From Diplonema japonicum (lineage: Eukaryota; Protista; Euglenozoa: Diplonemea), in NCBI GenBank assembly GCA_964019335.1, contig OZ025660.1, forward strand, positions 248,001-312,000: 64,000 bases of DNA, given 5' to 3'. Positions 52,349 to 64,000 of the stretch are shown here, piece by piece. The notes under the pieces are model-generated. The model saw nothing but the letters and a program-made list of their open reading frames with translations. It made no database searches and was not told the DNA's origin. Numbering within the stretch: the first letter of the stretch is position 1; every line of letters begins with the position of its first letter. A program made the position numbers and the translations under genes.

Positions 52349-53727
52349 CTAGCTTGTCTTCTTACTTCCGCCTTGCATGACTTCAAGCTGTTGTATTTGT
52401 ATATATTTTTGCATTTAATTTGCCAGTAAAGGGGAAATACCTTCTTTTTAAGAATGTCGTGTCTCGAGCGGAGATCATGAAGAACAGAAGACATATGCAG
52501 TGCAGGCTTTGAGGGTTGCGGAGGGTGCGGTTCCGAGTCTTCCCACCACATCTGCGATCGTGGCTGCGGAGTGTACAGTGCACGTGGGGAAGGATCCGGG
52601 CTGCTGTACTTCAGCTTAGGTGCTTCACGCGCGCACACAGGTGCCGAGTGGATGTTCCTACGGTAGGGTGTCACTGCCTTAGCAGGAGGCTCTTCGGGAG
52701 TCAAGGGCGCCCTGTCCACCCGTAGGGCATCGCACTCCACCTCCCGCAGCACAGCTACCTCCCCAGCTTGGCACCAGTTGTGTCGCGTCCCCTTGTCATC
52801 AGTCTGCACATACTTCGCTCTCCCTTTGCTTTTGTACTTCACCAACACCGCCTCCCGCACGTGCAGCATTGGCGCAGCTGGTGTTTGTGTGCTTGCGGAA
52901 AAGCTGTACGCCCTACCCGTCTGGGTTGCCGCGAGCTGCGTGCTCAACACCTCAGTGGTGGTTGTCACTGTGCGTCCGGGCGTGTGCGCAGTCTGTACAA
53001 CTGCTGTCGTGAACCCTTCAGGGACGGGCCCACCGGAGAACACTGCAGTGGCTGCCGCAGGGGGCCCCCCACACCATGCCCTTGTCTCGACAGACGAGCC
53101 ACCTGTCCAGTCTGCCATGCGTGGAGAGGGTCCTCCGTGGAAGATTTTCGTAGGCACTGTGACGGGTCCACCACACCAGTCTGCAAATTTCCGCTTTTTC
53201 TGCCTGGTTGGCGGCGGTGAAGACGGTACTGGTTTGGGTGGCGAGCACACGGCAGGCGTCGGTACTGAGACGGGGGCCGGGGCCGGGGCCGGGGGAGGCG
53301 TAACCGGCTTAGAAATCGAGGCAGGCACGGGTGCGACGTTTACAGGTTTGCTGCGCTTCTGTAGCCGGAAGCGTTCCCACCGCTTGAAAAAGCTCCTGGT
53401 GAAGGCATCATTGAGGAATGCCTTGTAGATGTTGGCGGCACGCTGCCCTGTGGAACGCCTGCTGACCATCAGCAGCTTCGATGTCGTGTGCCATTTGTCG
53501 CACTCGTCTTCCAGCATGGCGATCCGCTCCAGCAGCTTCGAGAAGGACGCCTTCAAGGACTGCAGCTCCACCTGCTTGTTGTGCCTTTCTACGTCCTCAT
53601 CTGCAAGCTCCTGCAGCATTCTCAATGACTCCCCCTCTTGTGTTTCCCCTACACCTATCTCCCCATCCATCATGCTATTCAGCATCCCCAACGCTTGCGC
53701 ACTGCCCTCGCCTTGCCAGTCATCCAT
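52349..53727 (-). CDS. Hypothetical protein with coiled coil, Pro-rich linker, GGP repeats and TQT-like motifs (1 intron)
   Basis: Start MDDWQ; ORF 52063-53916 trimmed; GT-AG intron near 52388-52440. Confidence 0.6.
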
Positions 53728-54023
53728 GGCGCACCTAAAGCCCTCGCATGGTATAGCCTCCTGTGACAGTGACGATAAGCCAGAAATGATGACGCGAAGA
53801 TGGAAATAAAAGGCGATGTTTAAGGGCAAATCCCACGGAGCACCCTTAATAAAATAAAGAAAAAAAGATCGAACGATATTATGGAAGGAAAAAAAAAAAA
53901 AAAAAAAAAAAAGCAAATCAAATCACGCGACCCGCAAGAGGCGGTTTAAAGTAGTCACAACAGAGTGCAAGGGGGACAAGGGGGGACGAGGGGGAAGTTT
54001 CAACATCAACCATCAAGATGTTT

Positions 54024-55035
54024 CTAGATCTCCGAGGTGCAGGGGGACTTGTTGAGGCCGCACTCGTTGGCGCCCCTCTTGACACGGATGTAACCGTTCT
54101 CACCCCAGGATGCGCCCCAGGAGTTCTTGATGATCCAGTAGTCGGCGGCGTAGCCGACGATGAGGACGCCGTGGTCGAGGGTGCAGACCTCGCAGCAGTT
54201 GGTGAGGATGCCACCGTTGTACGTCTGCCACTTGGTAGCGTCAACGGCGATGGAGAGGGGACCACTGGGGCCAACGAACTCGGCCATCGCGTTCTCGTTG
54301 TGTGCGATGTCCTTGTGGCCCTTGATGGTGGCGCCGACAGCCTTGCCAGACACGTCGTGGCACACACCGCTGATCCCGTCACCAGAGGTGTAGTGGTACG
54401 AGGCCTCAGTCACGATGTGCCCGCTGTGCGTCTGGAGAAGCCACTTGAAGGCGTTGTCCATGAGACCACCGTTGCACCCGTCGTCGATCTTGTCGCACGA
54501 AACAAGCTCCTGCTCGGAGAGCGAGGTGAGGGTGTTGCCCGCCAAGAACCACTGGCCCTCGATACCACCGGTGGTGGAAAACGCCCAGCAGCTGTTGAGT
54601 TTTCTTTTCCCCCCAATCTTTTTTTTAATACCTCCCGCACTGAGCCTGGTTCTTCACGTGTGTCACGGCGCCCTTCGACCTCCAGTCCACCTCGGTGGGA
54701 ATGGACACACCGGAGGGGGTGTAGGCAGGGCCCTCCTTCTCAGCCACCTGAAGGTTGTGGTACACCTTGAACTCCTCGGTGGAGAGGTCCGAGAACCTGT
54801 TCACGCCGAAGGTAGCGCCCATGGCCTGCTCCTTCTCGTACTGGGCACCCTTCAAGAGGTTCTTGGTGAAGATCTGGAACCTCCTCTCCTCCTCGGCGGC
54901 GCTGCTGTAGGCCTTGTTGTGGTCAGCCTTGAAGCTCCTGAACATAGTCCTGGAGTTGGCACGGATGTAGTCCTCAGACAGACCCTGCGCGCACCCTGCT
55001 AGCAGGGCAATCATGACGGCGGTACCGCAACGCAT
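54024..55035 (-). CDS. Papain-family (C1A) cathepsin L-like cysteine peptidase (1 intron)
   Basis: Signal peptide, I29 prodomain (EEERRFQIF, GVNRFSDLS), VDWR, QCG|SCWAFS across intron 54592-54631, LDHGVLIVGY, YWIIKNSWG. Confidence 0.95.
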
Positions 55036-55215
55036 TGTAAAGGGAAGAAAGGGTCTGCAGGGGGGTGGGGCGGTGCAGTGGTAGAACGGTGCAATTCAAA
55101 AGAAGCCCAATAAAGACATTTAAAAAAAGGGCAAAAAAAATGATGGAAGGGGGGGGGAAGAAAAAAAGGGTGGCATTTGAGGGGAATGCGTGGGTAGAAA
55201 TAAATAAATAAAAAA

Positions 55216-55255
55216 AATTCACTATGATAGGAACGAAGTGGTTAGCAACGACCCA
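55216..55255. repeat. Repeat family A copy
   Basis: 39/40 identical to 29963-30002. Confidence 0.85.
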
Positions 55256-55859
55256 CCAAAAGAACAGCTGATTTTTTCTTTCTTTTTGCTTACTATTTTT
55301 CTTAAAAAAACTTTTTTTCACTCTGCATAAAATTCAGATTCTCTCGTTCTCGAACTGACCCCACTAACTCTTCTAAACCAGTTCAATATTAGTCGAAAAA
55401 TGCAGGGAGGGAAGGTGGGGTGGCAAGAAAATGGAGGGCTGGTACAGGGCGGGGGGGGGAGGAGGGGGAGGAAAAAAAGAGAAAAAAAGGCCATGTTCCT
55501 CCGTTGTCTTTTTTTTCTTTTTTCGTTCTTCCTTTTTTTGCGTTTCCTTTTTTTTTTTTTTTTTGTTCTTCTTCTATTCGTCGTTTGGATAGGTGGACAA
55601 AGAGAGAAGGGAAAAAAAGGGGGAGAAGAAAGAAAGAGGGAGGGGGGAGAAAAGTATCAGGGGGAGTACTGTGTTGGAGAAAGAAACTCAAAGTACAGGA
55701 CAAGCCCCCGCTAGAGGGCCGCCCTGAGAAAGAATGAAAAACACACAAATGGGAATTAGAGGAAAGAAAAACAACACTCAACAGGAAATAGAAAAAAAAA
55801 AGCAAAAAAAAAAGAAATCCGAGTTGTTTGTAAAACAGGCCAGGGTCTCTAGTCTACAA

Positions 55860-55895
<36 letters not shown>

Positions 55896-56241
55896 CCACA
55901 TGGAGAGACCTTCGGATCTCCTTTTCCCCTTGGTGTGTTGTATTGTATTTCTTTTCCCAATGCTTTTCCAATTCTCGATTCTTTTTGTTCCTCCCTTCCC
56001 CCCCCCCCCCCCCCTTTCTCCCTTCTTCTCTGGGTTTCTTCTCCCTTTTTTTTTCCCCTTTTTCTTGTCCAACAAGAAGAATGGGTCCATATATTAAAAA
56101 AAAAAGGAACGCACCCCTCCCTTTCAGAATCAGTCCTCGTTTCAGCCAATTGACGTGTACTAGCGTTGTTGTTGCTGTTGTGACTCAAACACTGGGGATA
56201 TAAAGAAAACACATTTTGGGTTCCAATTGAGATCACTTTGT

Positions 56242-58277
56242 TTAATTCTTCGCCTCTTCGTCCTCCTCCTTCGGGTCGGGCTTCTTCTTCTCAACCTTCT
56301 TCTTCTTGTCATCGGTGGCGCTATCTTGCATGAAGAAGTACTGCTTGGCGGCCTTCTGCTCCCTGTCCTTCACAGACTCTTGCTTGTTGATACGCGGACG
56401 GTAGTTATCAGGGTCCCTTCTGAACGTAATGTTAAGATGCTTCAAGAAGATGTTCATGCCCTCAAGGAGCGTTTTAGGCGCACGGGCATAGCACTCAACG
56501 GCGGGTGTACCATCGTAAACAATTACCTTGTCTGCAAGGTAGGTGGCCATGATAAAGTCGTGCTCCACAATGAAAGCAGATTTCTTCGCGTGAAGAATGA
56601 ACCTCTTCAACACCTTCGCTGCGATCAATCTCTGCTCGGAGTCAAGGTACGCAGAGGGCTCGTCAACCAAGAAGATGTCAGCAGGCTTACCAAGAGCCAG
56701 CACAAGCGCCACTCTCTGAAGCTCACCACCAGACAGCACCTGCACATCCTGGTCGATGATGTTGTCAAGCTGAAGCGGTTTGTATACATCCGTCTGGAAC
56801 TGCGGGTGGAGGTACGAGTCGTTCACCTTCGCCTGAAGAAGTGCCCGCACGGGACCCTTGAACTTTGGCGCGATGGTCTGCGGTTTGAACGAAATGTTGA
56901 ACTCCGGGATGTCCAGCCCCTTCTCGTCGGGCTTTGAGACACCGGCGATCATCTTGATGAATGTCGTCTTCCCTGTCCCGTTCTCACCGAGGAGCACCAC
57001 GATCTCTGAGTCGGTGAAGGTACCTTCTTCAACGTGCAGCTTGAATTCGCCCTGCGTCCTTGTCATGGACGGGTACTTGTACCTCGAGTTGCCCTGCTCC
57101 AGCATCTCGTCCTCCGCGTCCGCAATCTATTTTTTTTTTTTTTTTTTTGAAAAAAAAAAGAAGAAGAAATACAAACCTTGAAGCTCAGCCCCGCCTCCCT
57201 GAACCTAAGGTTCTCCGTGGGGACGAAACCGTCCAAGAAGATGTTGATACCCTCCCTCACGCCGAAGGGCATGGTCACGACACCGTAAGCACCAGGCTTG
57301 CCGTACAGCACGCAGATGAAGTCACTTTGGTTTTGCGTTTTTTTCTTTTTTTTCATTCCACTCAAACCTGAGGTAGTCACAGATGGACAAGTCGTGCTCC
57401 ACGACGATGATGTAGTTCTTTTCAGTGATGAGCCCTCTGATGACGTTGGCGGCCTTGAGACGCTGCTTGACATCGAGGTACGAGGAGGGCTCGTCAAACA
57501 TGTACATGTCGGCGGCCTGTGGTGTGGTGTTGTGTAAAGATTTTGAAGCAATACCTGAACGCAGACAGAGGCGATGGCGAACCTCTGCAACTCACCACCA
57601 GACAGGTGTTCGAGCTGCCTGTTCAGGACGGGCTGCAGGTCCATCTCCTTAACGTAGTAGTCGGTCATTTCTCTGTCATCGCTCTTCCTCAGCGTGGCAA
57701 GCACTTCGCCCTTAACGGTTCTCGCGATCTGGTCAACGTACTGGATCTTAGTAACGGCCTTGATCTGGTCTTCAAGTACCTTGGAAAAGTACGACTGCAG
57801 CTCGGACCCTCTGAAGTACTTAAGGATGTCCGCCCATTCAGGAGGGGCCTTGAAGTTACCAAGATTGGGCTTGACCTTCGCGGCAAGAATCTTCAATGCG
57901 GTACTCTTCCCGATACCGTTGGTGCCGACAAGACCGAGAACTTGACCGGGACGGGGGTGGGGCAGCCTGTGCAATTTGAACGAGTTCGGGCCGTATCTGT
58001 GGGTGGTGAACGATTCCAAACTCTTTGGCAGGTTGATGATCTGCACCGCCTCGAAGGGGCATTTCTTAGTACAGATGTTGCACCCGATGCACAGCTCTTC
58101 GGAGATCCACGCGAATTTGCTGGTGGGTTCGACTTCGATACACAGACCACCGCCCCTTACTACGGGACAGAACTTTTTGCATTCCTGCTTGCACCTTCTG
58201 GGCTTGCACTTGTCCGTAGACACAATTGCAACCCTCGTCAGCTTTCCATCATCTCCTCCTTTGGACTTTTTACTCAT
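56242..58277 (-). CDS. ABCE1: ABCE1/RLI1 ribosome recycling ATPase (3 introns)
   Basis: N-terminal Fe-S cysteines, [26 protein letters not shown]; introns 57517-57554, 57325-57367, 57127-57176. Confidence 0.97.
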
Positions 58278-58459
58278 TTTATTTTTTTTTTGTTCTGATT
58301 TGGTTGGTGTCATATTTTCTTTTTTAAGATCTTAATAACAACAAAAGGGAGAAAAAAAATGAAAAAAAAACACAAAGGGAGGGAAATGCATGCAATCACA
58401 TGATAACAAACTTAAAAAAAAAAAAAAAAGTAAAATAAAAACAAAACAAAACAAAAAAA

Positions 58460-58574
58460 GAGGAACTGGCCGTTGTTTGTACGTGCCGGGTAAAACCTGG
58501 AGAAGTTTGTCAACCTGAAACACGTTGCCAACGTTCCCCTTTTGTTTAGACAAGTCAAAGACTCGTTCTTGCAT
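58460..58574 (-). repeat. Dispersed structured repeat family B, copy 2
   Basis: Differs from 27284-27397 by ~3 positions. Confidence 0.9.
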
Positions 58575-59229
58575 AAAAAAAAAAAAGAAAAAAAAAAAAA
58601 ACCGTGCCCTTCTTCCCCCCCCCAAAGCTGGTTTCTTTTTCTTTTTTTTTTCTTTTTTTTGTTCTGTACATCAATAAAAAAAACTCTTTTTCCCCCCCTT
58701 TTCATTCTTCTCCTAAGTAAGAAAGAAAGCGGGGTACAATAAAAGGGGTTAAACACCGGGAGGGGGGACCCACGTAGATCTACACAAAAGAACGGGTGAG
58801 TAACAAATAAGGGACCGCGCTCACATTGCTGTCTGGGAGGGGAGAAGGTTATGGTGGAAAACACAAAACAAGAAGAAATCCGATTAGTCTTCGCCATCGT
58901 TCATAAAGAAAAAGGTAAAAGGTTCGATAACCATAATATGTACATTACTTTCTTTTTCAATTTTAAATATCTCTCTTAAGAATTTTCTCTTTTTCTTTCC
59001 CCCTTTTTTTTTTCTTTAACTTGGTTGCTGTCCCCCCCCCCCCCCCCCCCACAAAGAAACATAAAAAATAAAAAATCTAATAGAAAAGAAGAAAATAAAA
59101 CATAAAGAAAATATAAAAAAAAAAGGAGAAATAGATAACAGAGTAAACCCAAGGAGAAAAATGAAGAGAAAATAAAAAAAGGTGAAAAAAAGGAATAAAT
59201 AAATAAAAAAAAAAACTATGAACTTAGGA

Positions 59230-59279
<50 letters not shown>

Positions 59280-59338
59280 GTTCTAATGGGAGGAAGGGAA
59301 TAAAAAAAAAAATCAACAACAAAGTTCTTTTTTTTTTT

Positions 59339-59389
59339 TTACTGTCTCCTTTTAGTTCCAGACAACGAAGTTGGTTTGGTGATGATTCT

Positions 59390-59431
<42 letters not shown>

Positions 59432-61805
59432 CCCCTTCTCCCCATGCATACCCCTGCTCGGTCCCATCCGCCCTAATAAGCTTTGCAGTACCATCAGGGA
59501 AATAAATTTCCTTGGACCCGTCAGGATAATGCTTCTCGGACTGGCTGTTGCTGTGGAACTCAAAGTATTGCACGCCATTCTCCGCTGTTGTATGTGTCGT
59601 TTCAGCCTGGTGGTAGTAATACACAATCTTGCCGCTGGGGTAGGTCTGTTTATTTTATTTTTATTTATTTTCTTTTTTTAAAATCTTCCCGTACCTTTCT
59701 TACGTCACCATTGTTGAATTCCAAGACTATGTGCCCGCTTGGGAACACCACCTTCCGTGTGCCGTTGGAATAAACGACCTCCCTCTTCCTTGATGTGTAG
59801 TACCTTTCCACCTTGCCGTCCGCATTCCTCCTCTCGTCTATCAAGACGTCGTTGCTGACCTCTTCAATAGGTTCGCACTCGTCAGCTTCGGCTAAGGCAG
59901 CTATGGTGTGTTGTTATTCTACTGTCGTATACCTGATTTGTGTCCTGGCTTCTTTGCCACTTCTTCCTTTTCATTCCTCTCGCGTGCTTCCTTCTCTTTC
60001 CTTTCCCGTGTTTCTTTCTCCTTCCTGTCTCGTGCTTCTTTCTCTTTTCTGTCCCGTGCTTCCTTTTCTCTTCTCTCGTTCTCGCGTGCTTCTTTCTCTT
60101 CTCTTTCTTTTCTCTCTTTTTTCTCCTTTCGCTCTCTTGCTTCCCTCGCCTCTCTTTCCCTCTCCCTTGCTTCTCTTTCCCTCGTTTCCTTTTCTCTAAT
60201 CTCTCTTTCTTCCCTTTCTCTGGCTTCCCTCTCTCTTTCCCGTGCCTCTCGTTCTCTCTCTCTTTCCCGTGCTTCTCGTTCCCTCTCTCTTTCTCGTGCC
60301 TCTCGTTCCCTTTCTCTGGCTTCTCTTTCCCTTTCCCTGGTTTCTCTAACCTTTCGTTCTCTCTCTCTTTCTTCTATTTCTCGCTCCCGTTCTCGTTCTT
60401 TTTCCCTCTCCCTCTCTTCCCTTTCTCTTTCTCTTTCTTCCCTCTCCTTCTCTCTTTCCCTCTCTTTCTCTCTCTCCCTCTCATCCCTTTCCCTCTCCCT
60501 TTCCTCTCTCTCGCGGCGTGCTTCGCGTTCTCTTCTTTCGTCACGCTTCTTGAACTCCCTGTCCTCATCGCCCTCGAAGCGCATGGTGTCCATTTCTCTG
60601 TTTTTAATCATTTGGCAGAGATGGGTGTTACGCTCCGACAGGTCGTGGAGATCGGTGTTAAGATCAGCGACCTCGTCCTCGTACAGCATGGCTTTGTTGT
60701 CCCAGTCGCTGCGAACCACTGCAATCTCTTCCCTCATGAGACGGATCTGCGCCTTGACCTTGTTGTGTTCCTGCTGCTCCGACAAGGCGTCCTTAAGGAG
60801 ACGTTGCTGGCGCTGCATGAGCTCACGCTCCTTTTGGAGCCTGCTCTCGATTTCCAAGATGCGTGACTCGATCTCATTGTCCTCGAGAGACGCATCTTCG
60901 TAGGTGTCTGTGCTGCCATCGATCTCGTACATGGCTTGGCTTACATCGCGCCTTGGCACGCGTCTCTGGTGCACGGTGATGGCTGCTGACGACGACACGT
61001 CGAAGGACCCTCTGCTCTGTGCCATCCTCCCCTTCCTGCCGATGGGTTGTGAATGCGATCGGCTTGAATTCGCCTCCTCCCTGTCGCGGCCTCTGTACGG
61101 TTTCTCTTCGTACGTGTTTTCGAAGACCTCGTCGTACTGCTGGTCATCGTAGGACCCTTGCCACCTTCGCTCCCTCTCAGCGAGTTCTCTTTCCTTCTCT
61201 TCACGCAGTCTTTCTCTTTCCCTCTCTCGTTCCTCTCTTTCCCTCTCCCTTTCCCTTTCTCTTTCCCTTTCTCTTTCCCTCTCCCTTTCCCTCTCCCTTT
61301 CGGCTCGTTCTCTTTCGTCCCGTTCCCTTTCTCTTGCCTTGTCCTGTTCACGATCATGCTTAGGGGTGTCTTGGATGTTAGATGTCAAGCGTTCTTGCAG
61401 TGGTCGCTTCTTCTGCGGTGCAGCTACGGTTATTGGCGGATCGGAGAGAGGCTGTTTCTTGGGTGCAGCAACAGAAACAGAAATGTCCTGCCTGAGTGGA
61501 GGTGCGGACTTCGGGAGTGCAACGAGAGCGTCGTCAAACTTGTCAGAGGCAGCGCTCGCCTTCATCTGCTGGATGGCTTGCCTGAAGGCCTGCGATTGCA
61601 TTTTCGCCCCACCGGCGCTTGAAGGAGCTGATTTCTTGTCAGCCACTACTACGTCTTGCAAGTCCTGCATCTTCCCCAGGCTGCATTTCCCTTCGTCTCT
61701 CTTCAAGTACTTCCTCCTCTCCCCCTTTGGCAGCGGTTTGCTAGGCTTCTTCTTCGCTGGCTTCGCATCCCCGAATGATATGGAGAAAGATTCAGCTTTG
61801 GGCAT
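59339..61805 (-). CDS. CENPJ: SAS-4/CPAP (CENPJ) centriole protein with TCP10/G-box domain and very long RE-rich tracts (3 introns)
   Basis: DGKVERYY..NGTRK..FNNGDVRK|TYPSGKIVYYYHQAETTHTT..EKHYPDGSKEIYFPDGT matches the TCP10 C-terminal domain; first intron 59901-59932; start uncertain. Confidence 0.85.
59965..60545 (-). repeat. Coding low-complexity (RE)n / REREREARE repeat, strongly purine-skewed
   Basis: GA-rich tandem units; a second tract at ~61165-61345. Confidence 0.85.
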
Positions 61806-62090
61806 GGTGGGCGGGCTGCCGTGTGTGGTCCCCCCTGCAGTGATGTGGGTGTGGTAAAAAAACAAAAAAAGAGGAAAATCAAGAATATAAATAAAAAAAA
61901 CGAAACCCAGAACGACAAAAAAAAAAATCTAGAAAAGGAAGGGGGAAAAAAAATCATTTTTTTTTTCCCCATTCCCGCGGTCCGATGAGGGGGGGAAACA
62001 AGGGCACGGAAAGCACTTACAAAGGGCTTTCTTCCCGCCCAACTTCTTATCGCCAAAAAAAAAAAAAATCAAAACGATCATTTCTTCTTT

Positions 62091-63254
62091 TCAGTAAAAG
62101 GGTTTGTAGCAAGGCCCCATGGAAGCCCGACGTGACTTTTGAATAGCGGAGGTGAGTTTCAAAGTAGCGAGGTTGGAGGACACGACGGCAAGCTGCCCTT
62201 TGTCTCTTTCGTCTAAAGGGACGAACAAGGAGAATGTCTGCGACAAATCAACTGTACGTGTAAAGGACAGAGTCAGGTTATCCACCATCTGAGTGAGCCT
62301 CAAGGCAAGCCTGTGGTACGACCAACCTAAATCTCTGTTGAACACATCCTGGCACAGGTACCGTATCAGCATATCGTCATCTTCAGGAGCACCGCCTGAT
62401 ACAACTGACGAAAGGCCTTCTGTTTGTACTTTCGACGCGGCGTCATGCTTGTAAGGGGAGTTCTCCCATTGGAGCCCAGGGCCTTCGGAAGATTTGCTCA
62501 ATTTACATGGTAGATAATCGAGTCTTGTAGGGTCGTTGGTAACCACAAGTAATCGAACCCCGAGCTTCACACTGTTTAGGGCGTTCACGATATCTATGTC
62601 GTTTCTGTTTGATTCCATTTCAGGTGTGAAGCCGAAGTACGCGAACAGGGAAGCTCCCGGACCAGTGTTACGGACTAACCACTTCAAACCAGGGAGAATG
62701 TTGTCCCATATTCCTTTAAGCGGGACGATATCCGCCTCGGGGTAGGTCGTTCTGAAGAATTCTTCTACTGAGCTCGGGGGGTTTATAAGAAGAACCTTGT
62801 GCAGGGTCTGGTCTGTTGCTGAAAAATTCCGTTTTGAGAATGTAAGTGAGACCGTTTTACCTAGTAGGTATTTTTCTCTGCTTTCGGTGTCGAAAACGCG
62901 GTCCGGACCGACCTTGATGAGCTTCATACCTCTGCATAGTCCTTTCCGGATTGCAATGTTGTTTTCTGGGATCACTCCTGTTATTGTGTTGCCGTCCCAT
63001 GTCACGCCAAGAGGGTCCTCGCCTCGAGGGCGTGGGGGCCTTCGAGGGGCTCGTCGGTCGCTGTTGATGTCCTTGTCCCAGACCCACTCAGGGTACCAGT
63101 ACTTGAAGTTTCCTAGTACCTCGTTTTCCCTCCCTTGATACTTCAAAAACAGATCGTCGACTTCGCCAACCTTTTCGGGGTACCTGTCTTCATAAAACTG
63201 CTTGACCTTTCTATAAGCCAGGTCATTGGTTTTCGTCGATTGGTCATACGGCAT
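62091..63254 (-). CDS. Hypothetical protein with PDZ-like segment and degenerate metacaspase-like domain
   Basis: Start MPYDQ; PLGVTWDGNTITGV (PDZ-like); NILPGLKWLVRNTGPGASLFAYFG resembles the metacaspase pre-His motif. Confidence 0.6.
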   Translation of the reverse strand: MPYDQSTKTNDLAYRKVKQFYEDRYPEKVGEVDDLFLKYQGRENEVLGNFKYWYPEWVWDKDINSDRRAPRRPPRPRGEDPLGVTWDGNTITGVIPENNIAIRKGLCRGMKLIKVGPDRVFDTESREKYLLGKTVSLTFSKRNFSATDQTLHKVLLINPPSSVEEFFRTTYPEADIVPLKGIWDNILPGLKWLVRNTGPGASLFAYFGFTPEMESNRNDIDIVNALNSVKLGVRLLVVTNDPTRLDYLPCKLSKSSEGPGLQWENSPYKHDAASKVQTEGLSSVVSGGAPEDDDMLIRYLCQDVFNRDLGWSYHRLALRLTQMVDNLTLSFTRTVDLSQTFSLFVPLDERDKGQLAVVSSNLATLKLTSAIQKSRRASMGPCYKPFY

Positions 63255-64000
63255 TTCTATTTTCGCATTTTTTGTTCTCTTTTTTTCTTCCCTCCCTGTG
63301 ACCTGAGTACGAAAAATGGATAACGAAAAGAAGAAAGAAAAAAAAAGAAATAGAACCCGTATATTTCCTCTTCTAGGCAGGAAGTGCCTTTTTTTTTTTT
63401 TTTTTTTCCCTTTTAAGAATTGGGGCTTATCACCATTTTCTGGGTTTTCAGAGGCAAAAATATGGCAAAAAAGCGAGAAAAAAAGAAAGAAGGAATAAAA
63501 AAAAAAAAGAGAAGGGGAAAACAAAAAAAAAAATAAAAGTACAAATCAAAAAAGTTTTTTTTTTTATATTCCACATTTTTTTCATGATGCAAATGTTATA
63601 AAAAGAATGGAGAAGGGAAAAAAAAATAGGAAGAGAACGAAAGAGAAGAAGGATAAAAAGAAAGTGGGGAGGGGGAAAGCGGGAAAAATACGTAATAATA
63701 AGAGTTCTTGTCTCTTTTTTTTTTTTAAAATGCCCCACGGTAATCTTTTCCGTTTACATACAAAACAAAAAAATCCGTTTTGAAGAAAACGAGGAAAAGG
63801 ACTAACGCGCACTTTTTTCTTTCTCGCTTTTTTTTTTTTTCTCTTTTTTTTTTCCCTTTAAACTGCCACACCTTCTAACCCAATTCAATCAAAGAAAAGG
63901 TGACTTTCAAATAAATTAAAATATTATGAACGTTTTTTTTTTTTTTTTTTTTTTTTGAGAAAAAAAAATGGTAAAAAAGAAATAATTATCACATGCACAA

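Noticed and set aside
55107-55123. CCAATAAAGACATTTAA resembling fused element termini
   Set aside because: Too short and AT-rich to distinguish from chance.
57127-57554. Non-canonical introns
   Set aside because: Every intron I could resolve is GT-AG and restores the frame.
59908-60903. Plus-strand ORFs (SLSLS.../FPFS...)
   Set aside because: Antisense shadows of the RE-repeat coding region.

Overview
Eukaryotic (protist) chromosomal window. About 25 host genes plus a retroelement all lie on the minus strand, separated by homopolymer-rich spacers and interrupted by very short (32-64 nt) GT-AG introns. The unidirectional cluster, the cis-introns and two exact copies of the 3' 16 nt of the kinetoplastid/diplonemid spliced leader (SL; TTTCTGTACTTTATTG) point to a euglenozoan, probably a diplonemid (inference). 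Recognisable genes: a giant DZIP1-like fusion with ~29 SH3/Tudor-like repeats, LRR, Sfi1-like, SPRY, two Habc-less syntaxin-like SNAREs, M3 oligopeptidase, NDUFAF7, extended E2, Trm13-like, ADP-ribosylglycohydrolase, HAD, MFSD12-like, SPT4, centrin-like, cathepsin L-like, ABCE1, SAS-4/CENPJ and a pseudo-metacaspase. The most interesting system is a ~6.2 kb APE-RT non-LTR retrotransposon (37920-44109) and its short relatives. The LINE and the full-length short element begin with an SL remnant. All four copies end in a hairpin followed by a T-run instead of poly(A) and lie co-oriented with the gene cluster; three sit in TC(T)n tracts with apparent target-site duplications. In the LINE, ORF1 and ORF2 are in frame across a single UGA-CUA stop followed by a 2A-like motif, suggesting readthrough plus StopGo expression. 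A second family of ~110 nt structured dispersed repeats of unknown nature is also present. Gene models were built by eye from the ORF track and GT-AG sites; no database searches were run.
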